Source: Hyaloraphidium curvatum SAG 235-1
Lineage: Eukaryota; Fungi; Monoblepharomycota
DNA length: 64,000 nucleotides
Assembly: GCA_025558095.1 (NCBI GenBank)
Contig: JAIVFI010000025.1
Coordinates: forward strand, 558,001-622,000
Direction: 5' to 3'
Part shown: in pieces, positions 51,241 to 62,983 of the stretch
Layout of the letters: every line of letters begins with the position of its first letter
How positions within the stretch are numbered: the first letter of the stretch is position 1
The notes under the pieces: generated by a model
Told to the model about the DNA's origin: nothing
The model's input: the letters and a program-made list of their open reading frames with translations, nothing else
Databases searched by the model: none
Made by a program: the position numbers and the translations under genes

Positions 51241-51791
51241 CCTGCCCTGCGATTGAGTCCCGCGGCGGAGCCAAAGCACGGTACGACCCGCATGCGCTTG
51301 AATGCCGGCGCGCGTAGACTCCATCCACACATGGACAGCACTGCCATCCACGGGGCGCAGCAGATGCGCGCGGAGCGGAACCTCCTCGATAGAAGAAAGC
51401 CATCGTCCGCGGCTGTCTCCAAGTTGTCCGCGAACTTCCTTGACTCCTTTTCCGCTTCCAACCAGCACGAGCAGCACCATCCGTGATTCGGTGGCGCTTT
51501 CCGTGCCGGCGAGCAGCGGGAAGCGGGTTGACGTGGCGGTCCGTCGGGGGCGTCGTCCATGTCCGGTGGCTGTCGGCACTCCCCGCTCTTGGAAATCAGC
51601 GTGTTCCAGTCGGCCAGTAGGAAAGCGAGCATGTGCTGGCGCAAAGTGCGCGTCCTTCCCGGGTGAGTGAGCGGAGACCGGCCTTCGCTTTGCCTCCGCC
51701 CTCGTTCTCGGCGCCGTCGCCACACCCGTTCTCCGCACCACCGTCTCCCACCCTCGGAAATCAGACCTCTACCGCAGGCGCCGAGCAAATC

Positions 51792-52859
51792 ATGTCCGTC
51801 CTGCGCATGATCAACAAATCCACCGGCCTCGGCCGCGTGTCGCTCATCACCGGCGGCGCGTCGCCCGTCGGAATCGGCGCGGCCACGGCGCGAGTGTTCG
51901 CGCGCGAGGGGGCCAAGGTCATCATCTCGGATTTGGCGGACCGCGAGCAGGACGCGAAGAAGGTCGTCGCCGAGTGCAATGCTATCCGACCAAACTCGGC
52001 CGTGTTCATCCCGCTGGACGTCACGGACGAGCGCGACTGGGTGCGGGCGATGGAGGAGGTCGAGGCCAAGGTCGGAGTGCTCGATGTGCTCTTCAACAAG
52101 TCAGGCTCTCTTTTGCCTTGCCGATTTGAGGCTGAATGCTGTTTGCAGCGCCGGGATCAGCGGCGAGATCAACCAGCTACCCAACGAGACGATGGACACG
52201 GCGGACATCTCCCATTACGAGAAGATCATGCGGATCAACTCGACGGGCGTGGTGCTGGGTCTCAAGTACGCGGCCAAGTCGATGAAGAAAAACAAAGTCG
52301 AGGAATGGAAGTCGATCGTCATGACTTCGAGCGTGGCCGGCCTCCAGGGCAGCCCGGCGGTGCCGCTCGGCTACACGGCAAGGTTCCCTTCTTTGCTCTG
52401 CTGCCTTCTGATTCGAGCTGACGATGTTGGATGGCATCTAGCAAATGGGCTGTTCGCGGGCTGGCGAAGCACGGTTGGTAGCCCCCACATTTCCGGTCGG
52501 CATGTCACCCATCCTTCCTCCATTCCGAAGCTGCCCAGCTCGGCGTTGCCGACAAGATCCGATGCAATTCCATACATCCAGGCGTTATCGTCTCCGACAT
52601 GACCGTCAACGCGGAATGGTAGGTCGGCGGGCCAACGAAGACCCTCGTCTGATCTCTCTTTCCGCTCCCTTCCAGGGTCGACCACTCGGGCAAGCACAAG
52701 CCCGGCGTCGGCGAGATGTTCCAGCAGCAGATCCCCTTCAAGCGCCCCGGCTGGCCCGACGAGGTGGCCGCCGCCGTGCTCTTCCTGGCCTCGCCCGAGT
52801 CGAGCTACATCTCGGGGCAGGCCACGGTCATCGACGGGGCCATCCACAACGGCAGCTAA
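51792..52859 (+). CDS. Short-chain dehydrogenase/reductase (multi-exon)
   Basis: LITGGASPVGIGAATARVFAREGAKV, DVLFN, TSSVAG, IPFKRPGWPDEVAAAVLFLAS..SSYISGQ..VIDG. Confidence 0.9.
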
Positions 52860-52999
52860 TCATCGAGTGCCCGCTCGCTGTAATGCGCAATTCGGATTTG
52901 GAGAACAGAGTTTGTTGGATCGACCACGCATGTTCACGACGTCGCACTCCGACCCAACAAAACCAGGGCAAGCTATTTCTCGCTCTCTCACACCCAGTC

Positions 53000-54785
53000 T
53001 CACTTCTCCCTCTCCTCCACGAATGCGGTGCAGTCCCTCGGCCTCTGCGTCGCCGGCTCCGCGAACGCGACCTCGGCCCCGACGGGCTTGGTGGCGCGGT
53101 CCGTCATCTCGGCGGCAAAGTCGGGATCGTCGGGCCGCACGTCGTCGCGGTAGGCGAGGTCCGTGGCGATCCGGAAGCGGAAGCGCCGGAGGAACGAGGC
53201 CATCAGCACGCGGTACTCCAGCAGGGCAAAGTCTTTGCCGATGCAGATTCGGGGCTTCGGGAAGAAATGAGCCAATCAACCAGTCAGATCGTGTCGACCG
53301 AGGACTCACGCCGTTGGAGAACGGGATGTAGGCAAAGAGGTGCTTGACGGGCGACTCGCCGAGCCATCGCTCGGGCTTGAACTCCTCGGCGTCGTCTCCC
53401 CAGAACCTCTTGCTCTTGTGGAGCGCCGTGTACCTGGAGGACGAAAACGTGAGCCGAGGACCTTTCGGATTGCTTTCGGGGGTACGAACGGGATGTAGAT
53501 GGGAGTGTCGCCCGTCAGCACCTTGCCGTCGATCGTCTCCCCGGCGGGTACTGTCCGCATCGCCCCCGGCGCGATCGGGTGCATCCTCAGGACTTCCTTA
53601 AACACTGCACCCAGGTACTCCATCTTGGCCTGTTCTTCGTAGCCGCAGGGGGAAGTCGGAGTGGGGAGGATCGAGTCGATTTCGGCGACGACCTTGGCGA
53701 GGGCTTCGGAGTGCTTGTTCAAGAGGAGGAGGGTGAAAGCGGACGTCGAGGCCGTGGTTTCGTGCCTTCGGCGGCGAAAGTTAATGAAGCGGCCAATGAC
53801 TGACAGACCCGCGGATGACGGCGTACCCGGCAACGAGGAAGGTCATGATTTCGTCAAGGAAATCCTCGTCCGACATGCGGTCCTCCGCGTTCGCGGACCC
53901 CATCTTCATGAGGAGGTCGAGGATGCTGTTACCGCCCTTCTCGTCGCCTGACTGCTCCCTCAGCCGCGCCTCCCGGACGATATCGAGGCCCAGCATCTTG
54001 AACTTGCCCAGCTCCTGGTAAAAGTTGTACGTCTCGCGCGGGTGTGTGATGTATCGCATCGGGTTCGTCAGGAGCTTGGCCGGCTCCGCGAGGCTGACAT
54101 AGACCATGTTCTTGATCGATGTCGTCCGCTCGTCGTCGGGCGAACTGGTCGTGAACCCGAACCGATACCCGAAACCGACCTCGCCGATGATGTCGAGGGT
54201 AACCTTGGAGAACCATTCGCCCATGTCGACCGGCTCCCCCGGATGGGCCGCGACCTGTCGCGAGATGGCGTCTGCGAACAAGGTGCCGTACGATGAGAAC
54301 GCCGGCACCATCTGCCGGAGAAAGTCGGGCTTGAAGCCGTGGTTCATGACGCGCCGCTTCCGGGACCAAACATCGCCCTCCGAAGTCAGGAGCCCGTTGC
54401 CCACGATCGGCCGGACCGAGTCGTAGTCGGTCTTTGGGTAGTTCTTCTTCAGCAGCACTTGGTGGACCACGTCGGGGTCGTAAGACACGAGCATCGTGTA
54501 GAAGAATCCCAAATAGAGCGGGAACGTCTCCGGCACGGCAGGATCCTGGGCCATCAGCTGGGTGACCGCGGTGAAGTGCATGTTGGAGCGCGCAAAGAGA
54601 TCCATATGGCCCTTCCACAGCGTGTAGCCCTCGGTTCTCGGCGGCACGAAGCCGGCGGCCTCCAGCACGCGGCGCCGGTGGAAGTTCTTCAGGAAGGTCT
54701 GGCCAACGACGAAGCCGGCGTACAAGAGCGCCGCAGCGACGAGCGTGCCGACGACCCACAGCATTGTGGCCGCGCTGAACGCCAT
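53000..54785 (-). CDS. Cytochrome P450 (multi-exon)
   Basis: N-terminal TM anchor, GLLTSEG, FLVAG/HETT, KEVLR, PER, PFSNG/RICIG heme motif. Confidence 0.95.
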
Positions 54786-55073
54786 CGCGGCCACGTTTGC
54801 GAGCGATGGGGTTGTTGGCGCGAAAGGGTCTCCCGCGCTCGCGCGCGGGCGTGGACCGGGCGTGGACCCCGAGGCGGCGAGACCCCGCAAACCTCCTACT
54901 CGAGGCAGAAAAGTGTCAGCGATAGATGATTGTAGCAAAATCTTTAAGATTCGAGATGCTGCGGAGGCGGTAGCTCGGGATGGCCGATCAAGATCGGGAT
55001 CATCGACGCGGATCGCCACCCTTTAGCGCCGTCGCCGCATCTCCGTCCCCCAATCTCCGTCGCGGTCAGCGCC

Positions 55074-57261
55074 ATGCCGGCTCCTCTCCGCGCGCCGGAG
55101 AGGACGAAAGCAGATGTTGCCGATGCGGCGAACCAGAATGGCGCCAACGCGTGGTGGAAGGAAGGAGGGGGCGATGCCTTCGAGTTCGACTGTAAGTAGT
55201 CGCCAACGCGAATGTCGCGGGTGCATCGCGGGCCGGGAACCGATGGAGTGGGGATTTCGGTTCTTTGGAGCCTCTTCAGACGCGCTTCGTCGCGAAAGGC
55301 CGCCCTGTGTTCCCGCGACGCGCTGGGTGACCGCGCCACATGTGGACCTCCCCTCGGCTTGCCACTCATACGGCCTGTTCTCCCAGACATCGTTGTTGGA
55401 TCGGGCTCTTCGGGATCGGCTCTCGCAGGGCGGCTCGCCGAGCATCTCCCGGACAGTTCGATCCTGCTTCTGGAGGCCGGGCCTTCCAATGACCACCCCA
55501 TGATCAAGTGCCCTTTCCGGATGTTCGACCTGCTGGGATCCGAATTCGATTGTCGGTTCATTGCCTCGTTCGTCTCGGAGCCCAGTCTCACCGCGTCGCT
55601 GATCTGCAGGGCAGTACAAGACGGAGCCCATGCCGCTGGCCAACAACCGGATCATGGACTGGCCCCGCGGTCGCGCTCTTGGAGGCTCGTCGTCGATCAA
55701 CGGCATTCTCTGGGTTCCGGGATCCCGCGTCGACTACGACGAGTGGGCCAAGATGGGCGCCACGGGCTGGGACTACGACTCGGTGAAGCACTACTTCGAA
55801 GCCATGGAGACCGTGCACGGCCTCGACAGGAAGGGCCGAGGCAAAAGTGGGCCCGTGGACGTGACGTCGTTCAAGAAGGAGCAAGTGAATCCCTGTGGGC
55901 GCGACAGATCCGTCCTCTGATCTTGGCCTGACGACGCCAAAGTCTCGCAGCTGTTTGTCGAGGCGTGCGCTGCCCTTCCGGATGCCCCGCCGCCGGCGTC
56001 GTTCCATATTCCCTTAACGGAAGACTACAACTCGGGCGAGAACCTCGGGGCGTCCCTTTCCCAGAACAACTGCTACAAGGGAGCCCGCTCGGACATCTAC
56101 AGCAGCTACATAAGGAAGCGCGGCCTCGACAAGGGACCGCCTGGGGCAGCCAAGGGGCTGACGGTTTTGACGCACGCCGAAGCCACGAAGCTGCACTTTA
56201 AGCCGGACATGTCGCTGGACGTCGTCGAGGTCCTGTACTCGCCGCCGAGCGGCGAAGCCCAGACCATTCGGTTCCGGGCGCGGGCGGAAACGGTCCTGTC
56301 TGCGGGCGCCATCAACACCCCGCTCCTCCTCCTCGCCTCCGGCGTCGGCCCCAAGGCCGACCTTGAGGCCGCGGGCATCCCCTGCATGCTCGACCTGCCC
56401 GTCGGGAAGGGCCTGCAGGACCACCTGTACGCGAGCCTGTACTTCCTGACCAAACCTGGCGGGCCGGACCGGGGCCCGATCACCAAGGACAGGATCGAGA
56501 GCGGGCTCAAGGAGTGGGACGACACCGACGGCGGCGGCGAGCTCAGCGTCGGACCGACGGAGGCGGTGGCATTCTTCAAGAGCGGTCTGGACGGCTTCTA
56601 CGGCTGCGATGCGGAGGTGCAGGTCGATGTGCCGCATTCCGAAACGTGACCTGACCACGGCCCATCCTGCTACCGCAGATCGAGTTCTCGCCCATCTTTT
56701 GGGACAAGCCGGAGGACGAGGCAATCTGCTTCATTACCGAGGTGGTGGGCTCCCTCTCGCGCGGCGAGATCAAGGTGGTGAAAGGAGCGGACGGGCAACC
56801 GCACTTCGAGATCCACGTGAGCGTGATCGCGTGTTCGGATGTTTTCCTGTTTTGACACCGTCGATCAGCCCGAGTACTTTACCGTCGACCGCGATCTCAA
56901 AGTGCTCGTCCGCGCCCTCCAGGCTTCGCGCCGGATCGCTGCGACGAATCCCCTGGCCGAGCGTGTTAAGGAGGAGTTCGTAGACCCGGAGATCGCCGCG
57001 CTACACGACCCGTTCAAGGAGGAGCAGAAGTACCTCGAGGAGTTCGCCAAGAAGTACTGTGTCACGGTCTATCACCCCGCGTGCACAACGGCCATCGGCA
57101 AGGTGGTTGACACCGAGCTCAAGGTCAAGGGGATCAAGGGGCTTCGGATCGCCGACGCCGGTGTGATGCCCCGGATCGTCGCAGGCAACACGAACGCGCC
57201 GTGCGTCATGATCGGAGAGAAGTGCGCGGCGATGCTGATTGCGGAGAGGCAGAAGCGTTAG
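55074..57261 (+). CDS. GMC oxidoreductase (choline/alcohol dehydrogenase-like, multi-exon)
   Basis: Splicing 55192-55386 gives EFDYIVVGSGSSG; RGRALGGSSSING; SAGAINTP; YHPACT; LRIADAGVMP..GNTNAP. Confidence 0.93.
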
Positions 57262-57721
57262 CCGTCATCCAGATATGCTGTGTAGCTCATGGAGGTTTTT
57301 GACTGTCAGCTGCGCCGAGCGCCTCGATCTTGCCAGCCATGTTTACACGAAAAGCGAAGCCCTGCCCCCCGAAATGTACCCTTCCATCTCGTAGAGCCAC
57401 TGAGCCGTGCCCTCCACCCGACGACTTACCTCACCGGCCGCCCTCCCAGCCGCCGTGGACTGGCAAGGATTGTGGACCTGAACGATTGGAACGCCGTGTT
57501 GCGAGAGTGAATCTGATCGTCAGGCCGCCAGGTCATCAGGAGGCGGCGCTGGCAACCGGCGGTGCGGCCCTGCGAGCGTTTGATGACAACAGTCCTTATA
57601 CGGCGCGGGATGGGAGTCCGCGACGGCCAGACGTGGAACTCGCGGTAGAACTGTCGGCTTCGCGCGGCGGTGCGGCCGGGCTCAGCACCATTTTCCTGTC
57701 TCCCGTTCACGCCCAAACACG

Positions 57722-58795
57722 ATGGACGCCGCCGTAGGACCGAAGCTCCTCGACCACATCTCCGACACATTGGCTCCTGCTGGAACGCGTTTGGCGATAG
57801 CCGGCGCGGATTTGCAGCCGGGAGCGGCGGCCGGACTGAAGAACGCGAACGTGGTGCTGGAGGCCCAACCGGAGCCCGCCGGGGGCCCGTTCCGAGTGCT
57901 CCTGCGCGTGTATGCCTTTCCCAGCGTCATAATCTCCGGTCGCACCGCGGCGGAGAACGAGGCCGCCGTGTTGGAGCTCCTCGGACGCGCGTCTCCCGGT
58001 CTCGCTCCGAAGCTCCTCCTCAAGCGCGCCTCTGGAGCGCCCGGAGCCGGCCCTGAGGAGGAGCAGGATTGGAACGTTATCGAGTATATCACGAATGAGG
58101 GCGGCCTGACCCCTCAGGAAGCTTTTGCCCGCGGATCCCAGGCCATGGCGCTCCTAGCTACAGTTCACGGGGTGGACCTCGCAAAGAACCCGAACTCTTT
58201 CGTATTGGACGTGCCGGCGGAAGAGCTCCGTCTTGTGCCGGATTCGGACGCTGTTGGACCGGGCTTCCTGGCGAGCTGCGGGGACGGCGAGTATGGAGCG
58301 AAGCTGGCTGCAACCTGGACCAAGGTTCAGCAGGTTTCCGACGTCCACGGCGACGTTTTCGCATCTCTGCCCCGCGAGGCCTTGATCCACGGCGATTCGC
58401 ACGCCGGAAACTTCCTCAAGACCGGGGATGGATTGCGCCTCATCGATTTCGAAGGCGCCCGCGTCGGATGCGAGCTGGAAGACCTGGGATCCTTCTTCGT
58501 CGTGGTCTTTCCTCCACTGTCTGGTGAACAAGAAGCTGCCCTGCTCTCGGACTACCGCCACCATGCCGGATCGCGGACCTGCGACATGCTTGACAAACTG
58601 CAAGGCCAAGACGGGGACCTGCAGCGGGCTTTGAGCCTCTTCAAGATCCGCAAGCTGTGCCGGATGATTTCCTTCTTCAACGACGCCGTGGACAAGATGG
58701 GACCGGAGGCGGCGTCGAGCCCGGCTGCCAACGCATTGGCTGGCGGAGCCAGGTTCTTCTTGGGCCTGCTCGACAACATCCTCCAGAGCCTGTAG
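57722..58795 (+). CDS. Aminoglycoside phosphotransferase / choline-kinase-like small-molecule kinase
   Basis: LIHGDSHAGNFL and LIDFE motifs; intronless. Confidence 0.85.
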   Translation: MDAAVGPKLLDHISDTLAPAGTRLAIAGADLQPGAAAGLKNANVVLEAQPEPAGGPFRVLLRVYAFPSVIISGRTAAENEAAVLELLGRASPGLAPKLLLKRASGAPGAGPEEEQDWNVIEYITNEGGLTPQEAFARGSQAMALLATVHGVDLAKNPNSFVLDVPAEELRLVPDSDAVGPGFLASCGDGEYGAKLAATWTKVQQVSDVHGDVFASLPREALIHGDSHAGNFLKTGDGLRLIDFEGARVGCELEDLGSFFVVVFPPLSGEQEAALLSDYRHHAGSRTCDMLDKLQGQDGDLQRALSLFKIRKLCRMISFFNDAVDKMGPEAASSPAANALAGGARFFLGLLDNILQSL

Positions 58796-59109
58796 GTTAC
58801 GTATGTACTCGGAAGCCATTCGCTACAATGCCCAAGAAGTGCCTGATCCTGATCCTAGCGTCCGATCGGGATCAATCGACGGCGTCATCCGTTCCGCGGC
58901 GTTGCGCCCGCCGCCCGCCCGCGCGGGGACCGACTTTTCTCGCAACACAGTCATCCGTCGAAAGCGCTCCTTGGCCCCGGACGAACACGCAGCTTCAGCG
59001 GAAAACTTGCTCCAGTACCGCGACTGGCAGCAGATCCTCGCCGCGCCGGGATTTGAGGGCGGGGAGGGTGTGGGGCACTGGACTTTCTCGGACCGCGGAA
59101 CTCCCCGCC

Positions 59110-59940
59110 ATGTCGGCCCGCCATGTCGCCGGCGAGGTCTTTGCCGCGCTCTGCGTGGTCTGCTGGGCACTGGTACCGGCGCCGCAGGTCTGGAAGAACT
59201 GGCGCAGCAAGACCACTGAGGGCCTTTCTCCGTTCTTGGCACTCATCTGGATCTTCAATTCGATGTTGATAGGCGCTTTCACAATCGTCGAGGGCCTTTC
59301 GGCGGGCTTGATAGCGCAGCCCTTCATCAGCGCCTTCATGCTCCTCGTCGTGACCTGGCAAATCATGTACTACGCCCCGGCGAACAAGCGGGACTGGCGG
59401 CGGCCGACGCTCTACACCTTCGGGCTCACGGGCTTCTTCGGCGGCGTGCTCGTCGGGCTGGTCTTCGGGCTGCGCGCCGCCGACCGCGCAGGCGTTTCCT
59501 TGGACTGGTTCGCCTACATCACCACCGTGGTGGGAGTAGGTGGAATGGTGCCCCAGTACTACGAGACGTGGAAGTTCCAGCGCGTTCTCGGACTCTCGCT
59601 GGGCCTCTGCCTTCTGGACATGTGCGGTTCTCTCTTTGGAGCAACGTCCGTTGCTCTCGCGACCGACCCACTCAATGTGCCCGCCTTCGTGCTGTACATC
59701 GTATACGCGCCTTTTGTAGGAGGCATGATTCCCCTGCACTACGCGCTGGAGACGAGGTGGAGGCGTCTGCACCCGGAGGAGGCGGCCCGGGACGTGGAAA
59801 AGGCGGAAGGGGCCGAGGTGAAGGAGGACGTCGACAAAGACGGGAAAACCGAGGATGCGGAGGCTGAACCGGACTCTGGCACGGTCGAGGTGATGGAGGG
59901 CGATTATGTGGCACCGCAGGCACCTCGTAGTGCCCAATAG
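59110..59940 (+). CDS. PQ-loop repeat membrane transporter
   Basis: PAPQVWKNWRSKTTEGLS and VPQYYETWKFQRVLGLS; about 7 TM segments. Confidence 0.9.
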   Translation: MSARHVAGEVFAALCVVCWALVPAPQVWKNWRSKTTEGLSPFLALIWIFNSMLIGAFTIVEGLSAGLIAQPFISAFMLLVVTWQIMYYAPANKRDWRRPTLYTFGLTGFFGGVLVGLVFGLRAADRAGVSLDWFAYITTVVGVGGMVPQYYETWKFQRVLGLSLGLCLLDMCGSLFGATSVALATDPLNVPAFVLYIVYAPFVGGMIPLHYALETRWRRLHPEEAARDVEKAEGAEVKEDVDKDGKTEDAEAEPDSGTVEVMEGDYVAPQAPRSAQ

Positions 59941-60037
59941 GTGTGTCACCCCAACTCTTCTCTTGCCGGCCTGGCTGACTTGCTTTCGTCAGATCTTTCT
60001 CTATCACAATGAGCATTCTTTTCCGTTCTCTGTTTGT

Positions 60038-62537
60038 CTAGTTCACCGATCCGCCCTGCGATCCGTCGCCGACAAGCCAGCCGTCGATCTCCACCCTCCC
60101 CATACCCTCCGCCCAGAACACCCAGTCTCCCTCGGCCTCACTGGCGCTCGCAAAGGGCGGCAGCTCGGCCACGATGGTGCGGGTGGCCCCTTCGGCGTCG
60201 TCATGCACGAGCAGAGCCTCGGATGGCGACCCCGCCCCCCCCTGGTCGAACCCGCTCGATTCGAGCGACGCCTGCGAGGCCTGGACGTCCTCGTCCGGCG
60301 CGCCGGCGTAGCTCTCCTGCACCTTGCGCAGCAGGCTCGCGCGGTACGCCGCCGCCGGGTTGTCGGCGGGCGCGGCCTGCCTGCCAACCCTGACCAGCGA
60401 CGAGAAGGCGCCGAAGATGCCGCGGCGAATGCTGCCGCCCTGCTGCTCGACCTCGTCGGCGGCGGGGGCGACGGCGCTCCAGTCGTGCGCGAAGACCATC
60501 CTCCACCCTTCCTCCTCCTTCCCCGCCCTGCCCTGGGCGACCTCCTTCAGCACCGCCAGGGCATCCACCTCCTTCCCCCCCTTCCCGACCCTCTTTGCCC
60601 ACACCTTCACCTCCCCGCCAACCCTTCCCTCCTCGTCAGTCTCGGCCGTCAGCGCGACCTGCCAGCCCGACGGCACAGCCCCCCTCTGCACCCTCGCCCA
60701 CCCGAGCCCCGCGCCCTGCCCGGGCACTGGCGCGTAAGCGATTCGCAGGCTCTCCACGGGCCACTTCCACGCCTCCGCCACCCGGCCCTCCCGCCGCATC
60801 TCGAAGGAGGCGACGTACCGGGGGGGAACCTGCCCGTTGGCGCAGGCGAGGGGGCGCCGCCCGCCCCCGCGGAAGCGCGCCTCGATACGGGCGATGCGGC
60901 CGGGGGCGTGCTGTTCGGGGACCGAGAGGTCGTTGCGCAGGGCGACGTGGCCGTCGCCCTGCAGCAGGTCGTCGAGGCTGGCCGTGGGGTCCGAGGGGTG
61001 CAGCGAGTATTCGACCAGGCGGACGTGGCCGTTGCGGATGCGGGCGACGCGCACGTCCGAGACGGTGCAGGAAAAGTCGCCGCCCGCCGAGTGCCAGTGC
61101 GTGAACACGAAGGGGCGGGCGGGGATGCCGTGCATGGCGCGGAGGAGGTGCGCGAGGTGGGCGTCTGCGGAGCCGGAGCAGGGGAAGCTGAGGCGCACGT
61201 GCAAGTCGGGACCGAGGTTGGGGACCGAGGAGGCCGAGGCCGAGGCGGAGGCGCGGGAGAGGTGGGATTGCTTGCGCGAGGGGCGGGAGAAGGCGGTGAT
61301 GCTGGCGAAGCGGAGGACCGAGGCCGAAGGGGGTAGCGACGGCGGCGCAATGCCCTGGAGCTCGTCGGCCCCCGCGGACTCGATGGCCTGCCGCGAGGAC
61401 GCCTCGATGCGGCGGTCGGGCCTGCGGGGCGCGATGCCGGCGCCCATGCCGCCGATCATCGGGTCCATCAGCCACAACTGGACCTCCTGCACCTCGAGCA
61501 GCCGCTTCCAGCCGCCGTGAATGAGGTGGTCGAGCTTGGCGTTGATGTGGCGGATGTTGTGCTCGGCGCGCAGCGACATGGTGCTGACAAAGTCGGACTG
61601 GATGCGGTCGCGGGCGGCCTGGCGGTTCTGCGACATCATGATGATGGGGGCCTGGAAGGCTGGAAACGTGGGGGTGAGCTGCTGTCGGCGACGTTCACGA
61701 GGCTGCTCCTACCCGCGAGCATGCTGAGGAACAGGTTGAGCAGGATGAAAGGGAACGGATCCCAATGCAAGTTCTCGGGCAGAATGACGGTGTTGAGCAG
61801 GCACCAAATGATGAGCGCGCTCAGCAGGGAGAGCACGAATCTGAAGACGGGAGCCGTGAGGACGCAATTGTCGGAGCCGCGAAGCTTGACACCGACGCCC
61901 AGGATCCGCCCCGTGCCGCGACGCCGTCCGCCGCCCGCTGTCCAAGAGTCCTGTTCGTCTCGAACTTCTTTTGCCAACCCCCCTCCTTCTCCTCCCACTC
62001 CTCGAGGTTCTTCATCGCCGCGTCCCCGAGCTGCCCCGTGGCCCGCGCGTCCTCCTCCAGCAACGCGTGCAGCCTCGCTGACAGGATGCGGCGCAGGCAC
62101 GACGCGCAGGCGGCGTTGGGCTTGGGCGGCTGCGCGCCCAGGGGCACCTTGGTGGCTTTGCCCTGCGCCGGCTTGGATGCGCTGCCGACCAGCGCGAGCA
62201 CGGCAGGGGATAGAGCCCGCAGCGGGACCATGGCCTCCTCGAGCCGGCCGCAGACGGCGCACGCCTCGGGACGGGTGGGCTTGGTGGCTCCGGCACCGGC
62301 CCCCTTGTCGGGCTTCCCGGCTGGCACTCCAATCCGAGGCATTGTAGGCGCCTCGTATCCCTCCGCCGTCTGCGCCACGGAGGAATCGGGGCCGGCCGCG
62401 GTGCCGGGCGACGCGTCGGGGGTGCCGGCGCGGGGCGTGGCGGAGCCCTCGTCGGTGCCCGCCGAAGGAGGAGCGCCGTCCACGACGATGCTGTGCAGTG
62501 AGGCCGCGGGATGCAGGGCCGGCGGTGCGGGATCCAT
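60038..62537 (-). CDS. DUF1003 membrane protein with N-terminal CxxC..CxxC and long C-terminal extension (multi-exon)
   Basis: TLGQRAADGVAARGGSW, WDPFPFILLNLFLS, QAPIIMMSQNRQAARDR. Confidence 0.85.
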
Positions 62538-62983
62538 GGCTCGGATGGGCGGTGTGCAGGGGTCGGATCCGGAAAGCTTTTGGAAGGGCCGCGCGGTCCA
62601 AACACCGCGCTTGGGCCCGGGCGACGACCCCTGGCAGCGGAAATGGCAGCAAAGCCAAATCACGGTTGACCACGCTTCGTGGCCACTGCACTGCAACAGC
62701 AGACTTTTTCAGTCCTGGTCTCGCTGATGATTTCGAGAACGGGGGTGGTCGGCTTTACACTGTCGAGGATCCAGAGGACCAGCCGCTGGTGGTCGAGGGC
62801 GGCATCTCCAATCACCACAAAAGCTCGATATCCAGTATTCTCTATGTTGTGCTGCGACGATTTGCTGCGCTCCGGGCGAGCAAATCGCTCTTTCGGGCGA
62901 TGACGTGGGAAGGGACCGTGCGTCCCTAAAAGGGACGCGCTCCGCCCGCCCGGGAACGACCAGTCATCCAAACTCCACACACG

